DNA from: Emiliania huxleyi CCMP1516
Taxonomy: Eukaryota
Reading direction: 5' to 3'
Length of the DNA: 64,000 nt
Assembly (NCBI RefSeq): GCF_000372725.1
Contig: NW_005201381.1
Span: forward strand, 245,953-309,952
The first letter of the stretch is position 1. Each line of letters opens with the position of its first letter. The notes below the pieces were generated by a model, which worked only from the letters and a program-made list of their open reading frames with translations, did not search any database and was not told the origin of the DNA. Positions 11,401-21,902 of this stretch are shown here, piece by piece. Both the position numbers and the translations under genes were made by a program.

Positions 11401-14400
11401 GTCGACCGGATGTGCGCCACGCTGCGCCCCCTCCTCGGCTTCGACTTGCGCGAGCGGCTCTTCCCCGCCGCCGGCGCCGAGGACGCCGACGGCTTCCGCG
11501 CCGCTTTCGACGCGCCGACGGTGACGCAACCCGCCATCTTCGTGACGGAGCTCGCGCTGGGCCGCACGCTCGTCGAGGAGTACGGCCTCGCGCCCGCCGC
11601 CCTCGCCGGCCACTCGATCGGCGAGTTCGTCGCGGCGACGCTCGCCGGGGTCCTCCCCGAGGAGGACGCGCTCGCCCTCATCGCCACGCGCGCGCGACTG
11701 TCCGAGGAGGCGCAGCCGGGCGGCATGCTCGCGGTGGCGCTGAGCGCCGCGCGCGCGGCCGAGGTTGCGGCGATGCCGTCGCACCGCGGCAAGGTGTGGC
11801 TGGCCGTGCGCAACAGCGGCGGCCGGACCGTCCTCGCCGGCGACGACGACGCGCTGCTCGCAGTTCAGGCGCCGCTCGACTCGGGCGTCTCACTCCTCAA
11901 CTATGAGATCGCTCACCACCAGCGCACCACCACAGGCGCTGCTCGACTCGGAGGGCGTCCGCTCGCGCCGGCTGCCGCTGCCTCGCGCCTACCACACGCC
12001 CCTGATGGAGTCGGTCGCTGACGGCCTCGCCGCTGTCCTGGCGCGCGTGCGGCTCGCGCCACCAAAGCTGCCGTTAGCGTGCAACGGCGGCGGCGGCTGG
12101 ATGGAGGCCGCCACCGCCACCGACCCGTCGTACTGGGCGGGGCACGTGTCGCGCGCGGTGCGGTGGGACGCAAACATGGACCTGCTCGCGGCGCTCGCCA
12201 AGGAGGCCGGAGGAGACGGCTTGCTCGCGGTTGAGGTTGGGTCGGGCTCATCCCTCGCGCCGCTGCTCGCCGAGTGCACCGCCGACGGCGCGAGCGCCCT
12301 CTCGGTCCTCTCGACGCTGCGCCACCCTCGCGAGGACTGGGCCGGCGGCGCCGCCGACGAGCGCGTGTTTGCCGACGCGCTGTGTGGTTTGTGGGAGGCG
12401 CGCGCGCCGCTCACGCTGCGGCGCGCGCGGCACGGCTCGCGGCGGTACGCCGCGGCGAGGCTGCCGGGCTACGCGTTTGAGCCGGCCGTGCACTGGCTCA
12501 AGCCCGAGCGCTCGATGTACGTCCGGCCGACGGCGGAGGAGGTGAGCGCCGCGCAGGCGGCGCTCCTCGCCGCCGCCGCGCCGCCCTCCAAGTTTCCGCT
12601 CGACCCCGCCGGCCTGCCGGCGCTGCAGCCGCTGCGCCGCGCGTCGCCAGGCTCGCGGTGGGTGTCCGCTTACTGCCTCGCCTTCGCGGGCGGCTCGACG
12701 GCGGCGTTCGCGGAGCTCGCCGCCGGCGCGCCCGAGTGGATGGAGGTGGTTGGCGTCGAGACGCCCGGCAAGGGCGCGCTCGCCGACCACACGTGGCCGG
12801 GCGAGGTGGCGCCCGCCGGGATGCAGGCCGGCGCCGCGGCCGAGGCGGAGGCCGAGATGATCGAAGAGCTCGCCGCGCGCATCGCGGCGGACGCGGCGGG
12901 CTCGGCGATCGTCCTCGTCGGCTGGTCGATGGGAGGGATGCTGGCTGCGGAGGTCGCGCTCCACCTGCAGGCGGCGGGCTCGCCGCCGCACCTACTACAC
13001 GTCGCCGGCCGCATGGCGCCCGGCTCCTTCGTCGCCGCTTCGGAGGCTGACCTCGACTCGTACTCACTCGCCTCGCCCGAGGTGCGCGCGTCGGCCGCGT
13101 ACCGCGAGTGGCTCCTGCCGACGCTGCTTGCCGATTTGCGCGCCGACGGGCGCGCGGAGCGGAGAGTCGCCGATGCGCTCCGCCGCGCCACCGGCGGCGG
13201 CAGCGGCGCGGCGCTCGATTGCGCGCTGCAGATCTGCTGCGGCGACTCGGACGCGTCGTTCCCGCCCTCCGCCGCGGGCGGCTGGCTGTCGCTGACGTCG
13301 GGGAAGCGCAGCGTGCACACCCTGGCGGGCGGGCACGACATCCTCACCAGCGGATCCGCGGAGCTGATGCAGTTGCTGCTGCGGCGCCTGCTGCCGCAGG
13401 CGCCGCTCTACGCAGTGCGGTGGGACCGACTGCCCTCGCGCGCCGGCGAGAGCGAGGCTGCCGCCGAGGCGGACTCGGACGACGAGGCTCTCCACGCGGC
13501 CCACGGGGAGCGAGCTCCGCCGGCGTCACCGACGCCGCCGTCGCCGCCGGCAGCTGCGCCGCCGCCGGCCGCTGCCCCGCCGCCTCGCGCTGCGCCGCCG
13601 CCCACCAAACCCGCCGTGCCGCCCGCCGCGCCGCCCCGGCTGCTTCGGCTCGGCGCGGACGAGGTCGGGCTGCGGCCGCGCGACGCGGCGGCGCTGCGCA
13701 CGACCCTCGGCTTGCTCGTGTACATCGAGCCACAGGAGGCGCCGGCGGCGCAGCGCGCCCAGTGCGCCGCCCTGCTGCGCCTGCTCCTCGCGGCCGCCGC
13801 CGCCGGCGGCGGGCGGGTCGTCCTCGTCTGCAGCGCAGACACGCGCTCGGCGCTGGCGGCCGGCGCGTCCAAGGCGGCGCCGCTCGAGATGCCCGAGCTG
13901 TCGGTGCAGCGCCTCTTTCTCCCCGCCGACGCCGACCTGCTCGGCGCCGACCGGTCGGTCGGCTCGCGGCTCGGCGCCATTCGGCCGCTGCTCGACGGCT
14001 GGGTGCGGTGGATCGCCGCCTCGTCCGCCGCGCGGCGGGAGGAGTGCGACTTGCTCCTCGACGCGGCGGGCGGGCCGCCGCGCGCGCCCCGCCTCGCCTC
14101 GCTGCCTCCGCCTCCTCCCGCCGACGTGCCCGCTCTCGACCCCGCCGCGTCCTACCTGGTCACCGGCGGCTCGGGCGGGCTGGGCGGCGCGCTGGTGGAG
14201 TGGCTGCTCGACGCGCAGGGCGTGCCGCCCGCGCACGTCGTGCTGCTCTCGCGCCGCGGCGCGCCGCACCCGCGCGGCGTCACGTCGCTCGCTGCCGACC
14301 TCGGCGATGCCGACTCGCTGCGCGGGTGCGCCGGCCTCGCGGCGCTCGGGGCGGCGCTGCCGCGGCTCGGCGGCCTCTTCCACCTCGCGGGCGTGCTCGA

Positions 14401-15352
14401 CGACGGCCTCATCTCGAACCTCGACGAGGCGCGGATCGGCTCCGTGGTGGCGCCAAAGGCGGGCGTGCTGCCGCTGCTGCGGCAGCTCGCCCGCGCCTCC
14501 GCTTCGCCGCCATGGGTGATGCTCTCCTCCTCCACGTCGTCGCTGCTGGGCTACGCGGGCCAAGCAAACTACTGCGCCGCCAACGCCATCTTTGACCACG
14601 CCGCGGCCTTCGGCCTGCCGCCGCCGCCCGCCGAGCTCGGCTCGCCGCCGCGCGTCCTCACCGTCAACTTTGGCCCGTGGGGCGAGGTCGGGATGGCGCG
14701 CGAGGGCACAAAGGCGCACGCGCTGTCGGTGGCGAGTGGCGAGACGCCGATGGCGACAGGCGCCGCCATCGCCTGCATAGCGCACGCCGTCCGCGCCGTC
14801 GGGGCGGGCGCCGCATCGCCGCCCGCCGCCTCGCCGCCCGCTGCCTCGGCGGCCTTGAGCTCGGCATCTCCTCTCGCTGCCTCGGGACCCTCCTCGCCGG
14901 CGCCGGCGCCGCACCCGGAGCAGGCGGAGCCCAACCTGCAGTTTTGCATCGCCGACGTGTCTTGGTGGCGATCTCCGTGGCCCGACCACCCGCTAGTGCA
15001 AGGGGTCGTCCGCCGCTCGCCGGCGGCGGTGCCGTCGGCCGCAGTCGTCGCCAGCGGCGGCGGCGCCGCCGAGGAGGGCGGCGCGGAGGCGGGCGGCGTG
15101 CTTGCGCCGGAGCTGGACGCCGAGGCGAAGGCCGCCAACGGGCGCGCGCGCGCCGAGGCGTGGATGCGCGGGCGGCTCAACGAGTGGGAGCTGGAGACGC
15201 GGCTCGCAGAGCTGGGCCTCGACTCGCTCGACCTGGTGCAGCTGCGCAACGCCTTCAACAAGCACTTCCGCACCGAGGTGCCCCTCTCGGTCTTCTCGAA
15301 CGCCAACCAGACCCTCGCCGCGCTGCTCGGCCGCGTGGGGGAGCTCATCTGA
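3266..15352 (+). CDS. Spliced hybrid NRPS-PKS, TE-A-T-KS-AT-TE-KR-ACP (BurA-like), interrupted by two assembly gaps
   Basis: Motifs appear in order across exons. TE1: FPHAGGS, GHSLG, GGHFY. A: LVNDYSSWE, GEVYV, LYRTGDLAR, GRLDSTVKIRGYKV. T: DNFFDLGGHSLL. KS: VVGMAGRYP, MDPQHRLFLE, NSACSSG, ECHATGT, KGNLGH, GVSSFGIGGTNVH. AT: LFPGQGSQ, GHSIGE, RAYH. TE2: AFAGGS, GWSMGG, GGHD. KR: VTGGSGGLG, AGVLDD, GQANYCAAN. ACP: LGLDSL. Stop TGA at 15350-15352. Confidence 0.93.
6183..6348. repeat. Intronic tandem repeat of ccagccact/ccagccagccact units
   Basis: Directly visible array inside an A-domain intron. Confidence 0.9.
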
Positions 15353-15451
15353 ACACGGAGCCTCATCGTGAGTGTAGTACTGGGCGTGAGTGTAGTATCG
15401 GGCGTGAGTGCTCGCCATGTGCGTTTGTTGTAAGGAAGCTGCGTGAAAACC

Positions 15452-15547
15452 CCGACCTGGTCAGGTCGTTAAACTGACTCAAGGAGTAGCACATCTCAGA
15501 CTCTCCACCGACCTGGTCAGGTCGTTAAACTGACCCTAGGAGTAGCA
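15452..15547. repeat. Two 40-bp direct repeats, each with an internal palindrome, downstream of the NRPS-PKS stop
   Basis: ccgacctggtcaggtcgttaaactgac.c.aggagtagca at 15452-15491 and 15508-15547. Confidence 0.8.
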
Positions 15548-16372
15548 ATTCACCCCCCCCCCCCCCCCCGCCCCGCCCCGCCCGCCCGTGCTCGTGCGAT
15601 CTCTAGAGCACGGTGTCCCTCCTAGCACGGACGAGGGAGTACTCAGCCTGCTGTTGCTCAGGGTAAAATTCTTTCCCGTGAAAGGTCAGCTACAGCTTGC
15701 TTGCAGAGCATGCTGTCTGGTATACGGCTCTAGCCCCAGGGCCCCAGCCTACTGCCTACTCCGCGTGAACTCTCGAGGGATCTCGAGTTGCGGAGAGAGC
15801 GCTGCTCGTTATTGAGAAGAAAAGACGTCCGATGGCGCTGTCGCTGGTCTGTGACTGTGTACTGTGCGGCCGCTACGCGCTAGCCTCTCGCTCTGAGGAG
15901 GGCGTCCATAGAGACACCTGACCTCACATGAGTCATGACCCCACACACGGTCCTGTCCGGCCTCGCGGTCGGCGAGATTGCTAGAGGCGGAGCAAGCCTG
16001 CTCTATAGTCTCACATGTTACTTCCTGTCGTCTGTTGTGTTGTTGTGCCCTTGTTTGTGTCCTACTCCTTTGGCACCTTGGAGTGCTGGGGGGGGCGACA
16101 GGGAGGATGTGGCCTTGAGTTATGTGTACGCCAACTCAGGGTGTGTGGCAGCCACGCTGGCTGAGTGTCTTGTGAGCTTGTTTGTGTCTGTGTCGCTCGT
16201 GCGTGTCGTCATCATCTGTCCCGCGTCCACCCATACCGCGCTGGTGTCCAGTCCGAGCCTGACTGTTCTTCACCTTTCTACCTATGTAAATAGGGAGGTG
16301 ATGATGAGTCAGGCCGCGCGGCGGGCGGTTAGACGTTACTGTGCGAATCGATTGTTACTGTTCGGGAGGCTG

Positions 16373-16900
16373 CTAGGGGGCCGCGGAGCGTGTCTCATTG
16401 CGGCAGGCGACGCAGAAAGGGAGGAAGGCGCCCGGCTCCTGCACGTGGAAGCGGAACCCCCCCGCCGGGTCCGACACGAGCACCTCGCCTCGAAGCGTCC
16501 GGCGTGGATCGCTCGGCCGCGGGCCGTGCGCTCCACGTCTGCGCGCGACGGGAGAAGCAGGCAAAGCCGCGCAGCGCGGCGGGCGAGCTTCGCCGCCTTG
16601 AGACACGTCGGTGACTGTGCTGCGCGGAGATGCGCCTCGACCCTCGTCCTGCGGTGAGGTACGAGGTAAGGTAAGGTTAGGTGAACTTCTCCACACACAC
16701 GAGGTGGTGGGGCAAGGGGGGGCGACCCTCGCGTCTCCACGTCTAACGACAGGAGCCCCACGGCAGAAAAGGGTTGGCTGGAGGCGGTCGCTAGACTGAG
16801 ATGAGACCGCCAGTGGAGTTGGGGGTCCACCGAGCACCGCGCTGCGAGCCTGTCGTGTCCCTTGTCAGGACCTAAGACCGAGACCGAGACCGTTGGGTAG
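16373..16900 (-). CDS. Possible small spliced gene of unknown function (5' end unclear)
   Basis: A GC-AG intron at 16649-16810, homologous to introns of two other genes, joins PQLHW|TRVEAHL in frame. No recognisable domain. Confidence 0.3.
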
Positions 16901-17208
16901 CGAGGATTGGTGTGACGCGATCCACGCACCACGCAGCTCGCAGGCGACCTACCTAACTAACCTGTGAGTGAGAGGTTGAGGTCGAGCCCTGGCCCAGGGG
17001 ATGGGGGCATTCACAGCCTTGTTCTTGAGAAGAATTCTAGAATACAAGCCTCTCTCACAGCACACTGGCACAACAAGGGCGCGGGCAGGCGCGGACACAG
17101 GTACACAGAAGAAATACCTCGGCGGTCGGCGCTGTGCTTGGCCGACCACCGAGGAGTGTGCGGCAAGCAGCATCTTTTGCCGAGGGGAGTCGAGGAGAGA
17201 GCAGCACG

Positions 17209-18024
17209 ATGGCCGACGGTGATCCCAGCGACCCGCCGAGCGAGGCCCTGTGCGCCGACTGGGCGCGGCGCGGAGAGTGCAGCAGCAACCCTGCATACAT
17301 GCTCGCATCCTGCAGCAGCGCGTGCGAGGCCGTCGTGCAGGCGCCGCCAGAGACGGGCGGCGTGGCTGTGCTCCTGTCCCCGCTTCTGTCGCTTCTCGCG
17401 GCCGCAACGGCGGTGGTACTGCTCGGAGTCGCGTGGGTGTGGATGAACCGCCACCAGCGGAGGCAGGACGCGGCTGCTGCGCGCTCGAGCGAAGTCGGCC
17501 TCGCGATAGCGCCCGAGACGGGGCAGCTCGCGAGGGCGCATGCGGCGGCCGAGGAGGCAAAGGCGATCTCCGCGAGCCGGGCGGCGTGGATGAATGCGCG
17601 GTTCGGCGCCGGTGCGAGGCGGCGGCCCGCGGCGGCGAGCGCCGGCCGAGGCAGCGGTGCCGGCGCCGGGGAGAGGGCAGATGCGGCTCCCGCAGTGCGA
17701 GCGGGGAGGAGAGGCGGCGGCAGTGGCGCCGCTGGCTGTGATGTCTGGAGCGTGGACGAGGCCGAGGAGGCCGAGGAGGCCGAGGAGGCCGAGGAGGCCG
17801 AGGAGGCGGACGGCGACGGCGACGGCGACGGCGAGGCTGCCGCGGCTAGCGGGGCAGCCGACGGCGGTGAACGCGCGGAGGAGAGGCAGCGCTTCTCAGC
17901 GGTCCAGCGGAGCTGGATGGCGCGTGCGCGCGGCGCGGCGAGACGTGGCCACACTCCGCCTCCTTCGCCGCCGCGCATGTTTACGCCGCCGGCCGGGTCT
18001 GATGCCGCGGCCGCCAGCCCCTAG
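17209..18024 (+). CDS. ShK-domain membrane protein
   Basis: CADWARRGECSSNPAYMLASCSSAC (ShK pattern), then a hydrophobic helix (LLSLLAAATAVVLLGVAWVWM) and an acidic EEA repeat. Confidence 0.75.
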   Translation: MADGDPSDPPSEALCADWARRGECSSNPAYMLASCSSACEAVVQAPPETGGVAVLLSPLLSLLAAATAVVLLGVAWVWMNRHQRRQDAAAARSSEVGLAIAPETGQLARAHAAAEEAKAISASRAAWMNARFGAGARRRPAAASAGRGSGAGAGERADAAPAVRAGRRGGGSGAAGCDVWSVDEAEEAEEAEEAEEAEEADGDGDGDGEAAAASGAADGGERAEERQRFSAVQRSWMARARGAARRGHTPPPSPPRMFTPPAGSDAAAASP

Positions 18025-18266
18025 ATGCGGGACTACGGACCCGTGTACTATCCTTCCTCTCGAGAGAACACGTACTCGGCTGTCTAGCAGCTGTATTCCC
18101 TCTCTTCGCAGCCCTTTGACTCTGCTCTCTCGATTCACGGCTCGAGGCGGCCTTTTCGCCTGCAGCTCACGACCTGACCGCTGCTGGTGTGCTCGCGACG
18201 CAGGCCGCCAACCCGAAGCCGCGCAGAGGAAGAATCGCGGCCGATCGGCCGCCTTGGCCCACGGCG

Positions 18267-20250
18267 ATGGCGTCGTCGTCGTCGTCGTCGTCGTCTTCGG
18301 CGGCGGCGGGGCGGGGCGGGCAGGGGGCGGCGGGGTGAAGCGCAGTGTGGCACACCGGAACCTTCTCGGAACATTCTCGGAACCTTCTCGGAGCATTCCT
18401 GTAGGTGGAGCGCGGTGTGGCACAACGGCGGCGGCGAGAGCAGCGCCGCGCTGCGGCGGCTTGCGCGCGGGGAGGGGTCGCTGCTGGTAGTCGCCGTGGA
18501 GGGGGTGGAGGCTGGCTCGCTCAGTCTGGTCCGAAGCTGCTGGCCGGACGGCGACCTTCTAGGAACCTTCTAGGAACCTTCTAGGAACCTTCTAGGTCCG
18601 ACACTGCTGGCCGGACGGCGACGTCGTAGCGGCGCTGCAGTCCCCCGGGGTGGTGCCGTTGCGGATGGGCGTGGGCGAGCCGGAGGCGCTTTGTTTTCCC
18701 CTGCCCCCCCCCCTCTTTCGTTCTCTCTCTCTTCTCTCTCTCTCCTCTCTCTCTTCTCTCCCTTTTCTCTCCCTCCCCCCCCCCTCCCCCCCCTTCCTCT
18801 CCCTCTCTCCCTCTCTTCTCCCCTCCCCTCTCGATCTCTCGATCTCTCGATCTCTCGACCCCCGAACCCCCCCTGCCCCCCTTCTCTCTTTCCCTCTGCC
18901 TGGCGGCGGACCCCTGATGAGATGACGCGAGATTGACCCGAGATTCGCCGGGGTCGTAGGCGGCGTTCTGGCTGGCGGCGCTCGGCGCAGCGCACGTGAC
19001 ACCGCTCATCGCGCTTCTGTGGGGCGAGCGGGAGGTGCGATCGTGTGTGTGCGGGAGTTGGTTTTGGGGGGGCGAGGGGCAAGTTGCTCACCCGCGCGCC
19101 GGGCCTCGCACTCTGAATGCCGTGCCAGCTCCTGCCTGTCGAAGTGTGGAGTCGCGAGAGTCGCTTGGGCCTTGCCCCACCACCGTTGTGTGTGTGGACA
19201 CGTTGACCTCACCTGACCTTAGGTGGTGTTGCTGCCACGCGCCATGCCGAAGGGGCGGGCGCACGCGTCGATCCCGTCCACCGTGGCGGCGCGCCTTGTC
19301 GCGTCGGCCGGCACTGCGGCCGCCGACCCGTTCTCGCCGCGGCGGGCGGCGCGGCTGCTGCGGCGATACGACGATGCGGAGGCGAGCGGTTTCCCGCGGC
19401 CGTCGCTCGAGATGCCACGGGCAGAGCCGGCACGCGACGGCAGCGGTGGCGGCGGCGGCGAGGGCGGGAGCGAGGGCGGAGGCGGCGCCGGGGATGCGGG
19501 TCTGATGGCGCTGCAGGACGCCGAGTATGCGCTCGCGCTTGAGGCTGACCAGAGGGCGGAGGCGGAGGCGGCGGCGGAGGCGGCGGAGGCGGCGGCGGCG
19601 GAGGCGGCGGAGGAGCGACGAGCGGTGAGGCGGGCGGAGGCGGGCGCGCGCGGCGCGGCGCTTGGCACGGAGCCGGTTGCGGGGCCGGGCGTGACGAGCC
19701 TGCAGGCGGTGCTGGCGGACGGGCGGCGTGTGGCGCGCCGCTTCGCGCTCGAGGCGCCGCGGCGAGATTGTCGCGCACTTGTTGTCCTCACCAGCGACGT
19801 TTCCGCGACACCTCCTAGCGCCTTCCTGGGCATGGCGCGACGTTTCCGCGACACCTCCTAGCGCCTTCCTTAGGCGCCGCTGCGCGACGTGTTTGATTGG
19901 GTGGGTGCATTGGGCGACGGGACGGACTTCGAGCTCGTGTCGAGCTTCCCGCGCCGCACTTTCGCCGCCGCGGCGGCGGACGAGACCCTCGCGTCGCTCG
20001 GCGCACAGCCTAGACTCTACCCCACCTAGCACACGCGACACACCCAGGCCGCATCACCCCCCTCCTCCGTGTTGATGCACTGCGCCTTTGCGTGCGGACC
20101 TCACGGCTCACGCCTCTCTTTCTGATGCTCGTCTGCCGCCTTGCCTGTTTAGGCCTCGGAGGGCAGACGCTGTACCAACGCCTCGACGAGGAGGGCGATG
20201 GGTCGGGGAGCGACGCTGCCGCGGGAGGCGAGCCGGGCGGAACGGGCTGA
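18267..20250 (+). CDS. Spliced UBX-domain protein (FAF2/UAS-UBX-like)
   Basis: Coiled coil LQDAEYALALEADQ. UBX-like segment LQAVLADGRRVARRF|LRDVFDWV...FELVSSFPRRTF carries the FPR motif. Several repeat-filled introns. Confidence 0.75.
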
Positions 20251-21414
20251 GGGTGGCTTGCGGCTGCGCGGGTGGGAGGAAGGGTGCGACGAGGAGTCGG
20301 GAGCGTCCGCCGGAAAAGTGTATGACGACAGTGCCGGGAAGAGCCGCGGGCGAGTCCGAGTGTTGTGTTTCGGTGTGCGTGTCTTGTCTCTTGCGTTGGG
20401 TCTCGCTCTCGGCGTCAATGTGCTGCTGTGCGTGGTAGATGTAGAGCCGTGCGCATTGGCACGCTGCCAGAAAATAACTCGCGCTATCCGTCCTATAGCG
20501 AGAGAGAGAGAGACCGAGCCGCATAAAAAATAAAATAGAGCCTCGAGGGGCGTCGAGGGAGCCCTCGTGTGGCTCGTGGACTGTTCTTGCTTCTTCACCT
20601 TCCTACCTATGTATGTTTTTATGGTGATGCTGCCACGATGCACAATGTGCTGCGTCGAAGCACCGGCCCTGAGTCCGAGTGAGTTTGATGTCCCTCATTC
20701 AGTAGTGCAACTGAGAGCTGCAAAAGGGGATGAAACAGCCCTTGGGGTGCTTGTATAGCCCTTGGCGCTTGGGTGCTGCCGCACAGCACCTTGTGCAGTG
20801 GCAATTTTCTGGCACTAGTGAGTTTGATGTCCTCATCAATAGGGTGCAACTGACAGCCAGCAAAAGGGGACGAAACAGCTGATCAACTGACTCTCGATGA
20901 GAGGGTCACGGCTCGGGACGGCTCGGTCGGGGCCCTCGGGACCGCTCGAGACCGCTCGGGACCGCTCTCGGACATTGGTCATTGCTGCTCCTCCGCCCCC
21001 CTGGCGCGACGTGAGTCCCTCTACACCGCTTGTGACTGTGCATGCATTCCAGGACGGTGTCAGAGACGCTTACTTAGACACCATTGGCTTGTGGGAGGAG
21101 TAGTTTCTTTCTTGTATTGACCAACATCCGGGATCGAGGTGGCCCCACCCAAGGGCCGCCCATCAAAGGGACTGCGACAGAAGACGCCCAATCTTGCTGC
21201 GCAAGAAAAGCGGCAGATGTCGGCACGCCGAAATAAAAGGCTCCGCATGAGCACAATGGAGGAAATTTAAGTTTCCACTTAAGTTTCCACAGTAGCACTA
21301 GGCTCTAGGCACCACGCTGTCGTCAAACCCTGGAGGGAGGATCGCTAGTGGCCCCCTCACGAAAAAAACTCTTGTTCGTTTGCCCGGTTTTGCGCCGGCG
21401 GCCGGCTCGCGGTA

Positions 21415-21902
21415 ATGAGCGGAGACACGCTAACCACCAGTTACCAGGACGCCGAGGAGGCGTTGAGCCGCGCAAAGCTCACGGCCGAGCGCACGGAGCG
21501 TGTCGGCGCCCACGTCCTCGGCACGCTCGGTGACCAGCGGCAGCAGCTCCTCGGCGCTGCGGACGGTGCGGCAGCTTGAGCCTTGCTGCGGCCAGCCAGC
21601 CACGGCTCCACTCCCACACCCCTCGACCTGTCCACCCCTCCACCACCCCAGGCCTCGAGGCCGCGGACCACGAGCTGGGCCGCACGAAGCAGACCATCAG
21701 CGACCTCTTTGCGCGGCTGGCGCGGCGTAGGCGCGTGGCGCTCCTCCCTCCCTCATCGCTCTCGCAGCTCTTAAATTCCACCACCACCGGTGACCCGCGC
21801 CCCTGTAGGCGCTGCCTCATCGGCACCGCCGCCGTGCTCGCCCTCATCGCCGCGGTCCTCCTCTATTGGAAGCTGCGCAATGCCTTTGGCGGAGGCGGCT
21901 AG
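21415..21902 (+). CDS. Short Qb-type (Vti1-like) SNARE with C-terminal TM helix, two introns
   Basis: AERTERVGAHVLGTLGDQRQQLL...ADHELGRTKQTI heptad motif, then LIGTAAVLALIAAVLLYWK. Confidence 0.7.

Noticed and set aside
3266..15352. NRPS-PKS as a frameshifted pseudogene or several separate genes
   Set aside because: The frame changes I checked coincide with GT/GC-AG bounded inserts whose removal rejoins conserved motifs.
15452..15547. CRISPR-like palindromic direct repeats
   Set aside because: Only two units with a 16-bp spacer, no cas genes, and a eukaryotic context.
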